A stretch of DNA of 64,000 nt. It comes from Minisyncoccota bacterium (lineage in GTDB: Bacteria > Patescibacteriota > Minisyncoccia > UBA6257 > JAGOQP01). Made by a program: the position numbers and the translations under genes. The stretch's first letter is position 1, and every line of letters begins with the position of its first letter. The notes under the pieces were generated by a model, which made no database searches, was not told the DNA's origin, and was given only the letters and a program-made list of their open reading frames with translations. Shown here in pieces: positions 1 to 11,051 of the stretch. Where the stretch lies: contig JAGOQP010000001.1 in the NCBI GenBank assembly GCA_017991375.1, forward strand, positions 53,149-117,148. Reading direction: 5' to 3'.

Positions 1-19
1 GATCAATGATCGTCAGTTA

Positions 20-670
20 ATGGAGCGAAAAAAACGTTCCCGCGTACTTCTTAAAACATTGGAACGTCTTTTCCCACGTGCTTCCATTGCCCTTTCTTTT
101 TCCAATCCGTGGGAGCTAGTGGTTGCGGTCATATTGTCCGCTCAGTGCACTGATAAAAAGGTAAATGAAGTCACGGCGATTCTTTTTAAAAAATATAAAA
201 CGCTCAACGACTATGTACACGCGCGGCGCGGCGAGTTTGAAAAGATAATTCGGCCGGTGGGATTTTATCGTACAAAAGCAAAACATATACTTCAAAGCGC
301 TCGCATGGTAAGTGATTATTTTTCTGGAAAGATTCCACATACCACGCAAGAGTTGTGCCGTCTTCCGGGGGTTGCGCGTAAAACAGCAAACATTGTCTTA
401 GGTAACGCGTTTGGTATCGTCGAGGGGATCGCGGTAGATACGCACGTAAGACGATTTGCGCTTAAATTCCATCTTACTGATTCAAAAAACCCCGATCGCA
501 TAGAGCGGGATTTAATGAAATTATTTCCCAAAAAGCAGTGGCTTTCTGCCACCTATCGTATTATCGAATACGGAAGACGCGTGTGTCCGGCACGCGTACA
601 TAACTGTTTAACGCACCCACTTTCGCTCGTGTATCCGCCCGCCGCTCGTACCTGGCCGCGCGCGCACTGA
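20..670 (+). CDS. nth: endonuclease III (Nth, HhH-GPD base-excision glycosylase)
   Basis: The HhH-GPD region LPGVARKTANIVLGNAFG and the overall Nth layout are present. The C-terminus has only the C-x6-C part of the Fe-S motif. Confidence 0.8.
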   Translation: MERKKRSRVLLKTLERLFPRASIALSFSNPWELVVAVILSAQCTDKKVNEVTAILFKKYKTLNDYVHARRGEFEKIIRPVGFYRTKAKHILQSARMVSDYFSGKIPHTTQELCRLPGVARKTANIVLGNAFGIVEGIAVDTHVRRFALKFHLTDSKNPDRIERDLMKLFPKKQWLSATYRIIEYGRRVCPARVHNCLTHPLSLVYPPAARTWPRAH

Positions 671-1159
671 TTATAGAAATATAATCAAAGAGAATGCCGT
701 CCCAATAATAAATAACTGAGAAACAATTCCTACTAAGGGAGAGTTTTTCCATATTGGATCGGCGTGGATCCCTTTATGAAATTTTTGTAATAGAGTCAGC
801 GGCCAACGGGGAAATATCATCCATACTATTTGTAGCGCGTCAGGAAGAATACCTGCCACAATACCAATAAAAACGATTCCCAAAGTTTCTATACGTCCAT
901 CCCAAATAAAAAGAAGTGCCAAAAGAATACCAATCTGTGCATCACATGATACTCGGAGCACATCATATAACGCTGCTGCCCATTTCTTTTTTTTCGTAGT
1001 TGAACCAAGATAAGCATCTGTATGGAGGGTATATTCCCAATGAGGAATCGCATCGAGTATAAAATGACTGAGAAAACCAGCACAGAAACCAATAACTGGA
1101 TGACGAGGAAGTGCTTGTGCAACCGTCGCGCCGACGATTGCGTGAGTGGCGAGAATCAT
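671..1159 (-). CDS. membrane-bound metal-dependent hydrolase (YdjM/DUF457-like) inner-membrane protein
   Basis: Multi-TM 162-aa ORF with His-rich motifs (HFILDAIPHWEY) typical of the YdjM family. Confidence 0.45.
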   Translation of the reverse strand: MILATHAIVGATVAQALPRHPVIGFCAGFLSHFILDAIPHWEYTLHTDAYLGSTTKKKKWAAALYDVLRVSCDAQIGILLALLFIWDGRIETLGIVFIGIVAGILPDALQIVWMIFPRWPLTLLQKFHKGIHADPIWKNSPLVGIVSQLFIIGTAFSLIIFL

Positions 1160-1240
1160 AACAGATGCATTGTATCAGAGGACTATCGCATGTTCAATAA
1201 ATGTGTGGTATACTGTGTGTGCTCATCGAGCATATACAGT

Positions 1241-1804
1241 ATGAAAAAAGTATTATTTATTATTCTCGCGATTATTATCGTTATCGCGATATGGGTGGTC
1301 GTATCATATAACGGGTTGGTATCAAAAAATGAAGCGGTTTCAAACCAGTGGGCGCAGGTGGAAACAGTATATCAGCGTCGGTTTGATCTTATCCCCAATC
1401 TAGTTGAGTCAGTTAAAGGAGTAATGAAACAGGAGCAAAAAGTATTTGGTGATATCGCTGACGCACGTACGGGGTATATGAACGCGCAAACCTCCGATCA
1501 AAAAGCCGCCGCCGCGACGCAAGTAGAAGGATCTTTGGCTCGGTTGCTTGTGGTAATGGAAAATTATCCTCAACTAAAATCATCGGAGAATGTGCGAGAT
1601 CTTCAGAGCGAGCTTGCGGGGAGCGAAAATCGTATTAGTGTTGAGCGCATGCGCTACAACGATACGGTGCGTCTTATCAATCAATCGATAAAGCGCTTTC
1701 CAACGAATGTTATTGCGGGAATGCTTGGTTTTGGGGAACGAGTGTATTTCCAATCAGCACCAGAGGCGGCACAAGCCCCGAAGGTTGATATGAGTATTGA
1801 ATAA
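1241..1804 (+). CDS. lemA: LemA family protein
   Basis: N-terminal TM followed by a LemA-like soluble domain (WAQVETVYQRRFDLIPNLVESVKG...). The start was chosen at MKKVLF, because the upstream part of ORF 1022.. overlaps the opposite-strand gene. Confidence 0.8.
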   Translation: MKKVLFIILAIIIVIAIWVVVSYNGLVSKNEAVSNQWAQVETVYQRRFDLIPNLVESVKGVMKQEQKVFGDIADARTGYMNAQTSDQKAAAATQVEGSLARLLVVMENYPQLKSSENVRDLQSELAGSENRISVERMRYNDTVRLINQSIKRFPTNVIAGMLGFGERVYFQSAPEAAQAPKVDMSIE

Positions 1805-1814
1805 ATTGTTATTT

Positions 1815-1842
1815 AAAAACCCCCGCTCTGTGGGGGTTTTTA
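1815..1842 (+). terminator. rho-independent terminator after lemA
   Basis: Hairpin aaaaacccccgctctgtgggggttttt, GC stem flanked by a T-run. Confidence 0.6.
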
Positions 1843-1879
1843 GTTGTGTTTAGGGCATGATTTGACTATCATACATACT

Positions 1880-2782
1880 ATGCTGAAGAAATTTTTATAT
1901 ATATGTGGTATATGCGCATGGGCAAGTGTGAGTATTATTGGCGTATATGCGTATGAAAAATTGGATCGCCCAAGTGGTTTTGTAAGTGATTTTGCCCGAG
2001 TACTTTCTGTTGATCAGAAAACTGCCCTTGAACAAAAATTGTCTACATTTGAGAAAGAAACCAGTAATGAAATTGCGGTTGTCATTATTGATTCGCTCAA
2101 GGGGGATTATATTGAAAACTATGCCGTGAAACTTTTTGCTGATTGGGGAATCGGTAAAAAAGACAAAGACAATGGCGTTCTCTTTCTTGTTGCTGTTTCC
2201 GACCGCGCGATGCGTATTGAGGTGGGGTACGGGCTAGAAGGAGCACTCACCGACGCGCTCTCAGTTCGTATTTTAGATGATAACGTGCGACCGTTTTTTA
2301 AACAAAACGATTATGCTGGTGGTATTGGCGCGGGAGTTGACGCGATTATATCGGCCACCAAGGGAGAATACAAAGCGTCTAGTACTCGCGCGACGCAATC
2401 GAGTGGTGAGTGGTTGTTTTTTGTTTTGTTTGGAATTCTATGGGGAGGGGGATGGCTCTTTTCTATAATGGTTGTTCTGGGGCGGTCAAAATCATGGTGG
2501 GCTGGCGGTATCGTGGGTGGCGTGCTTGGGGCAATTGTGTGGATTGTTCTTGGTGTGTGGTGGGGGGCTGTCTCAGTTCTTATTTTTGGCGTCGTGGGGC
2601 TTCTTTTGGATCGCTCAATGTCGCGTTCGTATCAGAGAGCGATTATTATGGGCACACTTCCGTGGTGGGCGAAAAAAAGAAAGGGTGGTGGAGGATTTTT
2701 CGGAGGAAGTGGTGGGGGAGGAGGTTTTGGGGGATTTAGTGGGGGGAGCTCTGGTGGGGGCGGAGGAAGTAGTAGTTGGTGA
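1880..2782 (+). CDS. TPM-domain (TLP18.3/Psb32/MOLO-1 phosphatase-like) protein with Gly-rich C-terminal tail
   Basis: TPM signature (LSVDQKTALEQKL...NEIAVVIIDSL...GVLFLVAVSDRAMRIEVGYGLEG), TM segments, and a GGGGFGG tail. This is the conserved LemA-TPM gene pair. Confidence 0.7.
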   Translation: MLKKFLYICGICAWASVSIIGVYAYEKLDRPSGFVSDFARVLSVDQKTALEQKLSTFEKETSNEIAVVIIDSLKGDYIENYAVKLFADWGIGKKDKDNGVLFLVAVSDRAMRIEVGYGLEGALTDALSVRILDDNVRPFFKQNDYAGGIGAGVDAIISATKGEYKASSTRATQSSGEWLFFVLFGILWGGGWLFSIMVVLGRSKSWWAGGIVGGVLGAIVWIVLGVWWGAVSVLIFGVVGLLLDRSMSRSYQRAIIMGTLPWWAKKRKGGGGFFGGSGGGGGFGGFSGGSSGGGGGSSSW

Positions 2783-2798
2783 TTTGTATAAAAGCAAA

Positions 2799-2819
2799 GC
2801 GGCCTCTAGGCGAGGCCGC
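2799..2819. terminator. GC hairpin (gcggcctc-tagg-cgaggccgc) between convergent genes
   Basis: Perfect 8-bp stem with a 4-nt loop immediately after the TPM gene stop. It overlaps the annotated end of the minus ORF 2806..3183, so the real start of that ORF is probably internal. Confidence 0.45.
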
Positions 2820-3183
2820 GTGAAATGTTGTGCTGGTTGCTGTTAGTAACAGGTAGCACCAACGCTCCTGGTGCGATTGGAGAGAAGGAAACATGTTCCG
2901 GATCCTCTCTCTCGTTTATTCTTAGGGCAGCTCTGATCTTTGCTTCTTCTGGCGATGTGGCAAAGATCGTTTCCATATGCATTACGCCGTTGGAGGAAGC
3001 TCTGACAAAAAACAACATTCTTGTCGCCGTGACTACTAATCGCGAATTCCTCTTGGTCTTTTTTCTGTACGCATCACCTGCAAGCAGACGCGCTTGAGTC
3101 TTAGAGTATGCCCACCGACAATACGTATAGACACCAGCTGGTCCGCTGATCGTGATTTGCCAAAGGAATTTTTCACTTGGCAT
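2806..3183 (-). CDS. hypothetical protein
   Basis: 125-aa ORF with no recognisable domain. Its annotated 5' end overlaps the convergent GC hairpin. Confidence 0.25.
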   Translation of the reverse strand: MPSEKFLWQITISGPAGVYTYCRWAYSKTQARLLAGDAYRKKTKRNSRLVVTATRMLFFVRASSNGVMHMETIFATSPEEAKIRAALRINEREDPEHVSFSPIAPGALVLPVTNSNQHNISRGLA

Positions 3184-3319
3184 TGTCCCTCCCTGTCGGT
3201 TACTGTTTTTATATTAGCATATATATCTATATTTGTCAATTTACAGTGGGTTATTCACTAACCATATTCTAAAAAAAGAGTATACTAGATACAAAGGTCT
3301 TTTTTATTTTTGTACTCAT

Positions 3320-3490
3320 ATGGAACACTCGTGCAAAACGTGCAACGAGCCGACGCGTGGATATAAGTGTGATGAATGCGGAGCTGAATTTGATCTATTT
3401 GATGAAAATCACGAATGCGGCGGCGATCACCTACAGCCCAAATGTTCCGGATGCGGGCAGGTTGAGTCCGAATGCATTTGTGGTGAGTAG
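3320..3490 (+). CDS. small cysteine-rich protein (putative zinc-ribbon, 56 aa)
   Basis: MEHSCKTCNEPTRGYKCDECGAEFDLFDENHECGGDHLQPKCSGCGQVESECICGE contains several CxxC pairs. Start chosen at the internal Met. Confidence 0.35.
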   Translation: MEHSCKTCNEPTRGYKCDECGAEFDLFDENHECGGDHLQPKCSGCGQVESECICGE

Positions 3491-3546
3491 CAAGCGGTGC
3501 TTTTAGGGCACTCACTATATGTGCTGGGTTATTTTTTGTTGTCTTT

Positions 3547-4413
3547 ATGAATGCATGGCTTGGGAGCAAAAAATTTTTTATCATTGCGGTTGTCTTTATC
3601 TGTGTGGTTTTTATTGCCTCTGCGGCTATGTATATTTCTGCGCTATATTATGTTGCGCGCAACTCCCGTTCTTACCATTACGCGCAATCACCCACAACGT
3701 CTTTGCGTCCCTCCCCCAATATTATCCTCGTGGCTCCTCGTTATAATGATTCGGTTGAAAATGGATTTATAGTGTCGGGGAAAGCGCGTGTGTTTGAAAA
3801 TTGGATTATGATTCGCGTGAGATCTACTAAAGACGGCGCCGTGGTATACGCGCGAGGCGCGTATGCTCACGCTCAAGATGTGGGCTTCTATGGGAATTTC
3901 TCACACACAGTGACTTTACCCGCCTCCGTTCCCAGTGGAAACTATATTATTGAAGTTCTTTCTCAATCAGCGAAAGATGGAAGCGACCAAGATTTGATCT
4001 CGGCTTCTGTGTTTATCGATATGAGTATGACACAGGTGGTAAAGGTCTTTTTTTCCAGACAAAATCCAGACAATACCGATTGTACCGCGCTTGAAGCGGT
4101 TGATCGAGTCATTTTGAAAACAACTACTCCAGGGACTGCCGCTATAAAGAAATTACTTAACGGTCCAGAGGAAGAAGAGGCGCTTATTGGATATACTTCC
4201 TATATTCCAAAAGGGACAACACTTACTACATTGACCATATCCAATGGAACCGCCTATGCGGATTTTAATGACGTCTTAGATCGTGGCGTGGCTGGTTCAT
4301 GTCTAGTATCCGCGATTCGTGCGCAGATTGAATATACTCTAAAACAATTTTCATCGGTAAAACATGTTATAATTTCCATTAACGGAAGGACACAAGACGT
4401 GTTGCAACCGTAA
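3547..4413 (+). CDS. secreted/membrane-anchored protein with Ig-like (Gmad2-type) and GerMN domains
   Basis: N-terminal TM, and a C-terminal GerMN-like region (CTALEAVDRVILKTTTPGTAAIKKLLNGP...TISNGTAYADFN). Confidence 0.5.
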   Translation: MNAWLGSKKFFIIAVVFICVVFIASAAMYISALYYVARNSRSYHYAQSPTTSLRPSPNIILVAPRYNDSVENGFIVSGKARVFENWIMIRVRSTKDGAVVYARGAYAHAQDVGFYGNFSHTVTLPASVPSGNYIIEVLSQSAKDGSDQDLISASVFIDMSMTQVVKVFFSRQNPDNTDCTALEAVDRVILKTTTPGTAAIKKLLNGPEEEEALIGYTSYIPKGTTLTTLTISNGTAYADFNDVLDRGVAGSCLVSAIRAQIEYTLKQFSSVKHVIISINGRTQDVLQP

Positions 4414-4420
4414 GGGTAGT

Positions 4421-4569
4421 TGAGAACAAACAACATACAACTGACGACTAACAACAAAAAAGAGAGACAAGAGACAAAAATAATATTAGATGAACATAAC
4501 GTGCCATGCTAAACACTATGTGTCCCTTACTCTCTTGGTTGTTGTCGGTTGTTGGTCGTTAGTTGTCAG
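4421..4569. repeat. family-A intergenic inverted-repeat element (A/C-rich arm, spacer, G/T-rich arm)
   Basis: Left arm caaacaacatacaactgacgactaacaac... and right arm ...ggttgttgtcggttgttggtcgttagttgtcag are imperfect complements. Similar elements follow alr, rpoD, rpsK, the GT2 gene and the ftsQ-like gene. Confidence 0.6.
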
Positions 4570-4590
4570 TTTTCTCTACCCACTATTACT

Positions 4591-5748
4591 ATGTACCTAC
4601 TCAACGTATTACGAAGAATAAAAAAGTCATTTTCACAGCCCGACGACTGCTTACTTCGCATTCATATACATCGTGATCAATTACTGAGAAACATCTCAAT
4701 CTTTAAGAAACACTTTCCGCATCACCTGCTCGCGCCCGTTCTTAAAAGCAATGCCTATGGACATGGTATTCGTGAGATAGGACGCGTGCTCAACAAGCAA
4801 AAAGAAGTGGATTACCTAGTGGTTGATAGCATTGTTGAAGCGCGTCAATTGCGCGATGACGGTGTAAGAAAACCAATTCTTATACTCGGATATGTCTCTC
4901 AAAGCGCTACGCGATTGCTGGCGGGGGTGAGTAACTGCGTGCTTGCGGTTAATTCCATTGAACAAGCGTTCTTTTTGGCTCGGTCGGTATCATTTCCTTT
5001 GCGGGTGCACATTAAAGTAGACACGGGCATGAATCGACAGGGTGTCGCGGTTGGCGAGTTGAGGCAAACACTAGAAGTACTACGGAAGCATCGCCATATA
5101 AAAATCGAAGGAATGCTTTCTCATCTTGCCGACGCTGATAATATAATTAGTGGCGCTCATACTATTGGTCAACTTGCTCTATGGAAAATGGCAGTAGCCG
5201 TTTTTAGGGATTATGTCCCGCATGGAGGCGTTTTGCATTTTGCTGCTACTGCCGGAAGCGCTTTTTCGAATGTTGCGTATAGTAATATGATTCGCGCGGG
5301 TATCGGATTATATGGTTTTGATGTAACGGGGGATCGACGGCTGGGAGTAAAACCAATTCTTTCTTTCTATGCGAAAGTAGTTCATATAAAACGCATCAAA
5401 GCCGGCGAGCGGATCGGGTATAATTTTACCTTTACTGCTGCTCACGATATGATGTTGGCGATTATTCCCTGCGGATACTACGAAGGCATTCCTCGCGCGT
5501 TAAGTAATAAAGGAGTGGTGTATTATCACCATGTTCCACTTCCCATTGTGGGGCGAGTGAGTATGAATTTAACTGTTGTGGATGCCACCATGGTTCGTGA
5601 TCGTATTAAAATTGAAGACGAGGTAGAAATTTTTTCCGCGGATCATACTCGATCAAATTCAATCACTCGCGCGGCTGAACTTGCCGATACGATCCCGTAT
5701 GAAATACTTGCGCGCCTCGCTCCGGGAATTAGAAGGGTAGTAGAGTGA
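4591..5748 (+). CDS. alr: alanine racemase
   Basis: PLP-binding motif VLKSNAYGHGI and the overall Alr layout. The ORF opens at 4549, and the start was chosen at MYLLN. Confidence 0.85.
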   Translation: MYLLNVLRRIKKSFSQPDDCLLRIHIHRDQLLRNISIFKKHFPHHLLAPVLKSNAYGHGIREIGRVLNKQKEVDYLVVDSIVEARQLRDDGVRKPILILGYVSQSATRLLAGVSNCVLAVNSIEQAFFLARSVSFPLRVHIKVDTGMNRQGVAVGELRQTLEVLRKHRHIKIEGMLSHLADADNIISGAHTIGQLALWKMAVAVFRDYVPHGGVLHFAATAGSAFSNVAYSNMIRAGIGLYGFDVTGDRRLGVKPILSFYAKVVHIKRIKAGERIGYNFTFTAAHDMMLAIIPCGYYEGIPRALSNKGVVYYHHVPLPIVGRVSMNLTVVDATMVRDRIKIEDEVEIFSADHTRSNSITRAAELADTIPYEILARLAPGIRRVVE

Positions 5749-5755
5749 GAAAAGA

Positions 5756-5896
5756 ACTCACGACCAACAACTCACAACCGACAACAGAGAGAATGGTAAC
5801 CACTAAAACGTGAGGTGTATACCGCGGAAAACATCCTGTGTATCTCTTTTGGTTGTAGGTTGTTTGTTGTGTGTTGTCTGTTCCCTCTGTTTGCTA
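5756..5896. repeat. family-A intergenic inverted-repeat element
   Basis: Left arm cacgaccaacaactcacaaccgacaacagagag, right arm ggttgtaggttgtttgttgtgtgttgtctgttccctctg. Confidence 0.55.
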
Positions 5897-5917
5897 TTTA
5901 CCTGTAGCTGATTTACA

Positions 5918-7657
5918 ATGCCGGTAATTGCTATGAGCGACTCGGTCCAGGAAATAAAAGAAAAACTCGATATTGTCGAGATTATACGGGAATATATTCC
6001 CCTCATTCCTGCCGGAAAAAATCTTAAGGCCAATTGCCCGTTTCATAAAGAAAAAACTCCCTCATTCGTTGTTTCTCCGGAACGCCAGACATGGCATTGT
6101 TTTGGATCGTGTAACGAGGGAGGGGACGTGTTTAGCTTTGTGATGAAGTATAATCACGTTGAGTTTTATGAAGCGCTAAAGATGCTCGCAGAACGGGCGG
6201 GTGTGGAATTAAAAAGCGTGAATCCCGCGAGTCAAAAAGAATTTGGAGTGCTATACGACATCAACGCCTCCGCGCGGGATTATTTTAAAGAGCAATTGCT
6301 TCAAAGCGAGCGCGCGCAAGCATATACGCGAGAGCGAGGACTTATGCCGCACACACTTGAGGAGTTTGGTGTTGGGTTTGCCCCCAACGCTTCCGATGGA
6401 CTTTTAGTGCATTTGGTGAACGCGGGATATGATGCGTCCGATATTGAACGTGCGGGGTTAGTGTTTAAAACCGAGCGAGGAACATATATGGATCGTTTTC
6501 GGGGGCGGATTATGTTTCCGTTGCATAATACGTTTGGGAAGGTTGTCGCGTTTTCGGGGCGCATTCTTCCCGAGTTTGATACCGGGCAGGCGGGCAAGTA
6601 TGTTAACAGTCCAGAAACACTCATTTTTAATAAATCAAAACTGCTGTACGGATTTCATAAAACGAAACAACACATCAGAGAAGCTCAAAATGCCTTGTTA
6701 GTAGAAGGGCAAATGGATTTTTTGATGCTGTATCAAGACGGCGTATGTAATGTGGTGGGTGTTTCAGGAACCGCGCTCACGCCGCATCATCTTCAGGCAT
6801 TGCGCAAAGTTGCTGATACCGTGACACTCGCGTTTGATAATGATGAGGCCGGTGTAGCGGCTATTGAACGGGGGATTGATATGGCGCACGCGATGGATTT
6901 TTCGGTAAAAACATTTTCTTTGTCTGACGCCAAGGATGCCGCGGAGTTTATTCTTCGCAATCCAGGAGTTATTGCGTCTCGTATTATTACCGACGCGCGC
7001 GATGCGCTCTCTTTTTATTTTTCGCGCTACAGCGAGCTTCCCACCCAGAGCATCAAAGACAAGGCGCGCGCGTTGCTGAGAAAGGTGCTCCACCTGGGGA
7101 GTCCTATCGAGCAAAATATTTGGCTCAAAACCATTTCGGAAAAACTTAATATTGCCGAACGAGCTCTCTATGAGGAATTGCAATTACTCAAAAAACCGAT
7201 TATTCAAAAAAATGAATCCGTTTCTCAATCATCACCATCGCAGGAAGAAATGTTTGTGCCAAAAACAAGACATGAGCATCTTTCCGAGCGGATTCTACTA
7301 TTAGCTCTTTCGGATGGAACTCAAATGAAACAGGTGGAAGAATATATCTCCTACTTTCCAACATCGGGAGCGCACGCATTGAGTGTCCTTCTTGGAGGAG
7401 AACATGCTGACCCACAGATCGTTTCGTACGCGCGATCGCTAGAAATGCGCTCATCATTGGGGCATAACGTTGTCGCCACTGAAAAGCTAGACGCTGAAAT
7501 AACATTCCTTCTCAAAGAGCTCAAAAAAGAATTTTTTTTACAACGACGCTTAGAATTACTCGCGCGCATCAAAGACAGCGAACGCGCGCATGATGATGCG
7601 CATACCCAGAAACTTTTGGCGGAATTTGACGAATTGGCTCAATTAATAGATACTTAG
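5918..7657 (+). CDS. dnaG: DNA primase
   Basis: CHC2 zinc finger ([26 protein letters not shown]) and TOPRIM motifs (EGQMDFL, DNDEAG). An alternative start is at 5933. Confidence 0.9.
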   Translation: MPVIAMSDSVQEIKEKLDIVEIIREYIPLIPAGKNLKANCPFHKEKTPSFVVSPERQTWHCFGSCNEGGDVFSFVMKYNHVEFYEALKMLAERAGVELKSVNPASQKEFGVLYDINASARDYFKEQLLQSERAQAYTRERGLMPHTLEEFGVGFAPNASDGLLVHLVNAGYDASDIERAGLVFKTERGTYMDRFRGRIMFPLHNTFGKVVAFSGRILPEFDTGQAGKYVNSPETLIFNKSKLLYGFHKTKQHIREAQNALLVEGQMDFLMLYQDGVCNVVGVSGTALTPHHLQALRKVADTVTLAFDNDEAGVAAIERGIDMAHAMDFSVKTFSLSDAKDAAEFILRNPGVIASRIITDARDALSFYFSRYSELPTQSIKDKARALLRKVLHLGSPIEQNIWLKTISEKLNIAERALYEELQLLKKPIIQKNESVSQSSPSQEEMFVPKTRHEHLSERILLLALSDGTQMKQVEEYISYFPTSGAHALSVLLGGEHADPQIVSYARSLEMRSSLGHNVVATEKLDAEITFLLKELKKEFFLQRRLELLARIKDSERAHDDAHTQKLLAEFDELAQLIDT

Positions 7658-7718
7658 GGCATTGTCATTCTCTGTCCTTTGCGGGATGGATTGCTGTTTT
7701 TTGCCTCATTATATTTCT

Positions 7719-9062
7719 ATGAAAAAAACACACTCTCAAAAGAAACGCGCACGAACGCCTAAACGGCTATCCGCTTCTATTCGCAGGAAAAAGCCTGTTC
7801 GTACCGTGGGAAAAAAAATAACGCGCCGAATTAAAAAAACATCCACAAAAAAGCGAGCCGCCTCCCGTCCTAAAAAGAACAGCGCTGTTTCTCGGAAGAA
7901 AGATAATAAAAATCGTCGTGTGAAACACACCCAGCCACCACAAAATGTACGGCCGCTTCCGATTAGGAAAGAAGCGCCAAAAATGACCTCAAAATTTTTT
8001 GACGAAGAAACTATTTTGGAATTGGTGGATCGTGGTCGCGTGCGGGGATTTGTGACCGACTCTGAAATCATTGCCGCGTTTCCCAATATCGAAAATGATA
8101 TTGAATTTTTGGAACAGATATACACTCGATTGGAAGAGCACAACATCAAAGTCATTGAAGTTGGACAACTTATTGAGACCGGTGAGAAACCGGAGGTATC
8201 TCAAAAAGAAATTGAACAATTGGAAAGTTCCGATCTTCCCGACGCGGTCCAGCTGTATCTCAAATCAATCGGAAGGACCGCTCTTTTAACCGCGCAAGAA
8301 GAAAAAGATTTGGCAAAACGATCAGAGCGTGGAGATGAAGAAGCGCGTCAAAAATTGATTCAAGCAAACTTGCGATTAGTGGTGTCTATCGCTAAACACT
8401 ATGTGAATCGCAGTCAGAATTTGAGCATTTTGGATTTGATTCAAGAGGGCAATATCGGACTCTCTCGCGCGGTTGATAAATTTGATTATCGCAAAGGATT
8501 TAAGTTTTCAACGTATGCTACCTGGTGGATTCGTCAGGCAATCACGCGCGCGCTCGCCGATCAATCACGTACTATTCGTATTCCGGTTCATATGGTTGAA
8601 ACGATTTCGAAATATACTCAAATCAAACGTCGTTTAGCGCAAGAACTCGGGCGAGATCCGTTGGCGGAGGAAATCTCTATAGAGATGAATATTTCCATAG
8701 ATAAGGTTCGTCATATTCAAGAAATTTCACAAGAGGTTATGTCTCTAGAGTCACCCGTGGGAGACGATGAGGATAATTCAACATTGAGTGAATTTATTAA
8801 AGATGAAAAAGGACTTACTCCCGATCAAATAACCTCTCATTCTTTGTTGCGCGAAAAAATTGGCGAGATCATGGATGATCTTGCTCCTCGTGAACGAGAG
8901 ATTATCTCGCTTAGATTTGGATTAACCGACGGCGTTACGCATACCTTAGAAGAAGTCGGAAAGAAATTTGGCGTTACTCGCGAGCGTATTCGTCAGATTG
9001 AGGCAAAGGCGCTTGAAAAAATGAAAGAGCACGAGAAGTCCAAGGCATTGGAGGAGTACTAA
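7719..9062 (+). CDS. rpoD: RNA polymerase sigma-70 factor RpoD with a Lys/Arg-rich N-terminal extension
   Basis: Region 2 ([12 protein letters not shown]) and region 4 ([27 protein letters not shown]) are present. The dnaG-rpoD gene order is conserved. Confidence 0.9.
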   Translation: MKKTHSQKKRARTPKRLSASIRRKKPVRTVGKKITRRIKKTSTKKRAASRPKKNSAVSRKKDNKNRRVKHTQPPQNVRPLPIRKEAPKMTSKFFDEETILELVDRGRVRGFVTDSEIIAAFPNIENDIEFLEQIYTRLEEHNIKVIEVGQLIETGEKPEVSQKEIEQLESSDLPDAVQLYLKSIGRTALLTAQEEKDLAKRSERGDEEARQKLIQANLRLVVSIAKHYVNRSQNLSILDLIQEGNIGLSRAVDKFDYRKGFKFSTYATWWIRQAITRALADQSRTIRIPVHMVETISKYTQIKRRLAQELGRDPLAEEISIEMNISIDKVRHIQEISQEVMSLESPVGDDEDNSTLSEFIKDEKGLTPDQITSHSLLREKIGEIMDDLAPREREIISLRFGLTDGVTHTLEEVGKKFGVTRERIRQIEAKALEKMKEHEKSKALEEY

Positions 9063-9066
9063 ATTA

Positions 9067-9146
9067 CCTACGACTTACAACCAACAACCTACAACGTAGC
9101 ACAGCCATTGTTTTTAGTTGTACGTTGTTAATTATTTGTTGTTGGC
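9067..9146. repeat. family-A intergenic inverted-repeat element
   Basis: Left arm cctacgacttacaaccaacaacctacaacgtag, right arm ttagttgtacgttgttaattatttgttgttgg. Confidence 0.5.
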
Positions 9147-9157
9147 TCTGCTCTAAA

Positions 9158-9190
9158 GGCCGTCTCTTGCTTGAGGCGGCTTTTTGCGTT
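9158..9190 (+). terminator. rho-independent terminator after rpoD
   Basis: Hairpin ggccgtctc-ttgcttg-gaggcggc followed by tttttgcgttttt. Confidence 0.55.
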
Positions 9191-9255
9191 TTTGGGAATA
9201 AGGGTATAAAATGCCATTATACTCTTATCTTTTGTAGAATTATGGCGTGTGTGCT

Positions 9256-11049
9256 ATGAACCATTTTGTTGAATTACGAAAAAAGTTTTTTGATTTTTTT
9301 AAACAGCGGGGGCATGCAATAATTCCTTCCTCGTCTTTGGTTCCCGACGATCCATCGGTTCTCTTGACGACCGCGGGTATGCAGCAGTTTAAACAATACT
9401 ATACCGGCGAACTCAATCCCATTTCCGATTTTAAATCAGCGCGTACCGCATCCATTCAAAAATGTTTTCGCACATCTGATATCGAAGAAGTTGGTGATAC
9501 CACCCATCTTACTTTTTTTGAAATGCTTGGAAACTTCTCTTTCGGTCCGGTAATACATGATGACGCGCAAGACGTATCAGGGACAGGGGGATATTTCAAA
9601 AAAGCCGCAATCACCTGGGCGTATGAATTCTTGACTCACGTGCTTGGCATTGCGGCCGATCGTGTTTGGGTAACGATTTTTGCTGGAGATGATGAAATTC
9701 CTCGTGATAAAGAATCATACGCGATATGGGCCGATACTATTGGTATTCCCAAGGAGCGCATCTTGGATGGCGCGCGGAAAGATAATTTTTGGGGCCCCAC
9801 GGGCCTGGAGGGTCCTTGCGGTCCAACTACTGAGATATATGTTGACGGTGTTGAGGTGTGGAATATCGTTTTTAACCAATTTTACAAAAACAGCGATAGC
9901 ACCTATAAACCTTTGGCATGCGCGGGCATTGATACCGGTATGGGATATGAACGACTACTCGTGATGATTGAGGGGGTGTCAAATGTGTATGAAACAAGCG
10001 CGTTTGCGCCGATTCTCAAAGCCATCAACGAAAGCGCGCCACAGCTTTCCGATCGTGATGCGCGTATTGTTGCCGACCATGTACGCTCGAGCACGTTTTT
10101 AATCTCTGACGGCGTAGAGCCCTCTAACAAGGGAGCTGGATATGTGTTGCGACGATTATTGCGTCGTCTCATTGCTATTGGTCTTAAAAATGATGTACAC
10201 GCCGATCTTTTTGTTTTGGGATTTTCTGTGGTGAAGGATCTTTTTGGAACTTTATATCCCGCGATCGCGGATGAACAAAAAATTATTTCTGCGTGGCAAA
10301 ATGAACGGATAAAATTTGAAGAAGGTATCGCGAGGGGGATAAAAAAAGTAGAGGAACTTGTTGCTGGACATGCTGAATTGACGGGCGCGCTCGCGTTTGA
10401 TTTGTATCAATCGTACGGACTTCCTAAAGAGTTGACGCTTGAATTTATAAAAAGGAAATCATTATCATTTGATGAAGAATATAAACATCAAGAAGAAAAA
10501 CATCATGCCGTGTCTCGCGCGGGAGCGGAGAAAAAATTTGGGGGTCATGGACTTATATTAGATACCGGAGAACTTAAAGCGGGAACTCAAGAGGAGGTGG
10601 AAAAAGTTATTCGTATGCACACCGCTACGCATCTTCTCCAGTCGGCCTTACGAGTTGTCGTGGGCGAGCATATTCATCAAATGGGATCAGATATTAATCC
10701 CGAGCGACTTCGGTTTGATTTTAATTTTGATCGAAAACTCACTCCAGATGAGATAAGGGCTGTTGAGGTGTTGGTTAATAAGTACATTGAAAAAGATCTG
10801 CCAGTGTACTTTACCAATATGAAAAAAGAAGACGCTCTTGGCAGTGGCGCGCTCTCGTTCTTTCGTCAGAAATATCCCGATGAGGTGCGCGTGTACTTTA
10901 TTGGATCTGAAGATGGTGGCGAGATGATTAGTAGAGAACTCTGTGGAGGCCCTCATGTGGAACATACGGGGGACATTGGGAAATTCTCTATTATTAAAGA
11001 GGAAGCGGTTGCCAAAGGAGTTCGTCGTATTCGAGCTACTATTAGTTAA
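9256..11049 (+). CDS. alaS: alanyl-tRNA synthetase (short form lacking the C-terminal C-Ala domain)
   Basis: Class II AlaRS catalytic core (FKKFFDFFKQRGHAIIPSSSLVP...QKCFRTSD...GNFSFGP), the editing HxxxH motif (HTATHLL) and CGGPHV. It is only about 600 aa. Confidence 0.85.
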   Translation: MNHFVELRKKFFDFFKQRGHAIIPSSSLVPDDPSVLLTTAGMQQFKQYYTGELNPISDFKSARTASIQKCFRTSDIEEVGDTTHLTFFEMLGNFSFGPVIHDDAQDVSGTGGYFKKAAITWAYEFLTHVLGIAADRVWVTIFAGDDEIPRDKESYAIWADTIGIPKERILDGARKDNFWGPTGLEGPCGPTTEIYVDGVEVWNIVFNQFYKNSDSTYKPLACAGIDTGMGYERLLVMIEGVSNVYETSAFAPILKAINESAPQLSDRDARIVADHVRSSTFLISDGVEPSNKGAGYVLRRLLRRLIAIGLKNDVHADLFVLGFSVVKDLFGTLYPAIADEQKIISAWQNERIKFEEGIARGIKKVEELVAGHAELTGALAFDLYQSYGLPKELTLEFIKRKSLSFDEEYKHQEEKHHAVSRAGAEKKFGGHGLILDTGELKAGTQEEVEKVIRMHTATHLLQSALRVVVGEHIHQMGSDINPERLRFDFNFDRKLTPDEIRAVEVLVNKYIEKDLPVYFTNMKKEDALGSGALSFFRQKYPDEVRVYFIGSEDGGEMISRELCGGPHVEHTGDIGKFSIIKEEAVAKGVRRIRATIS

Positions 11050-11051
11050 CT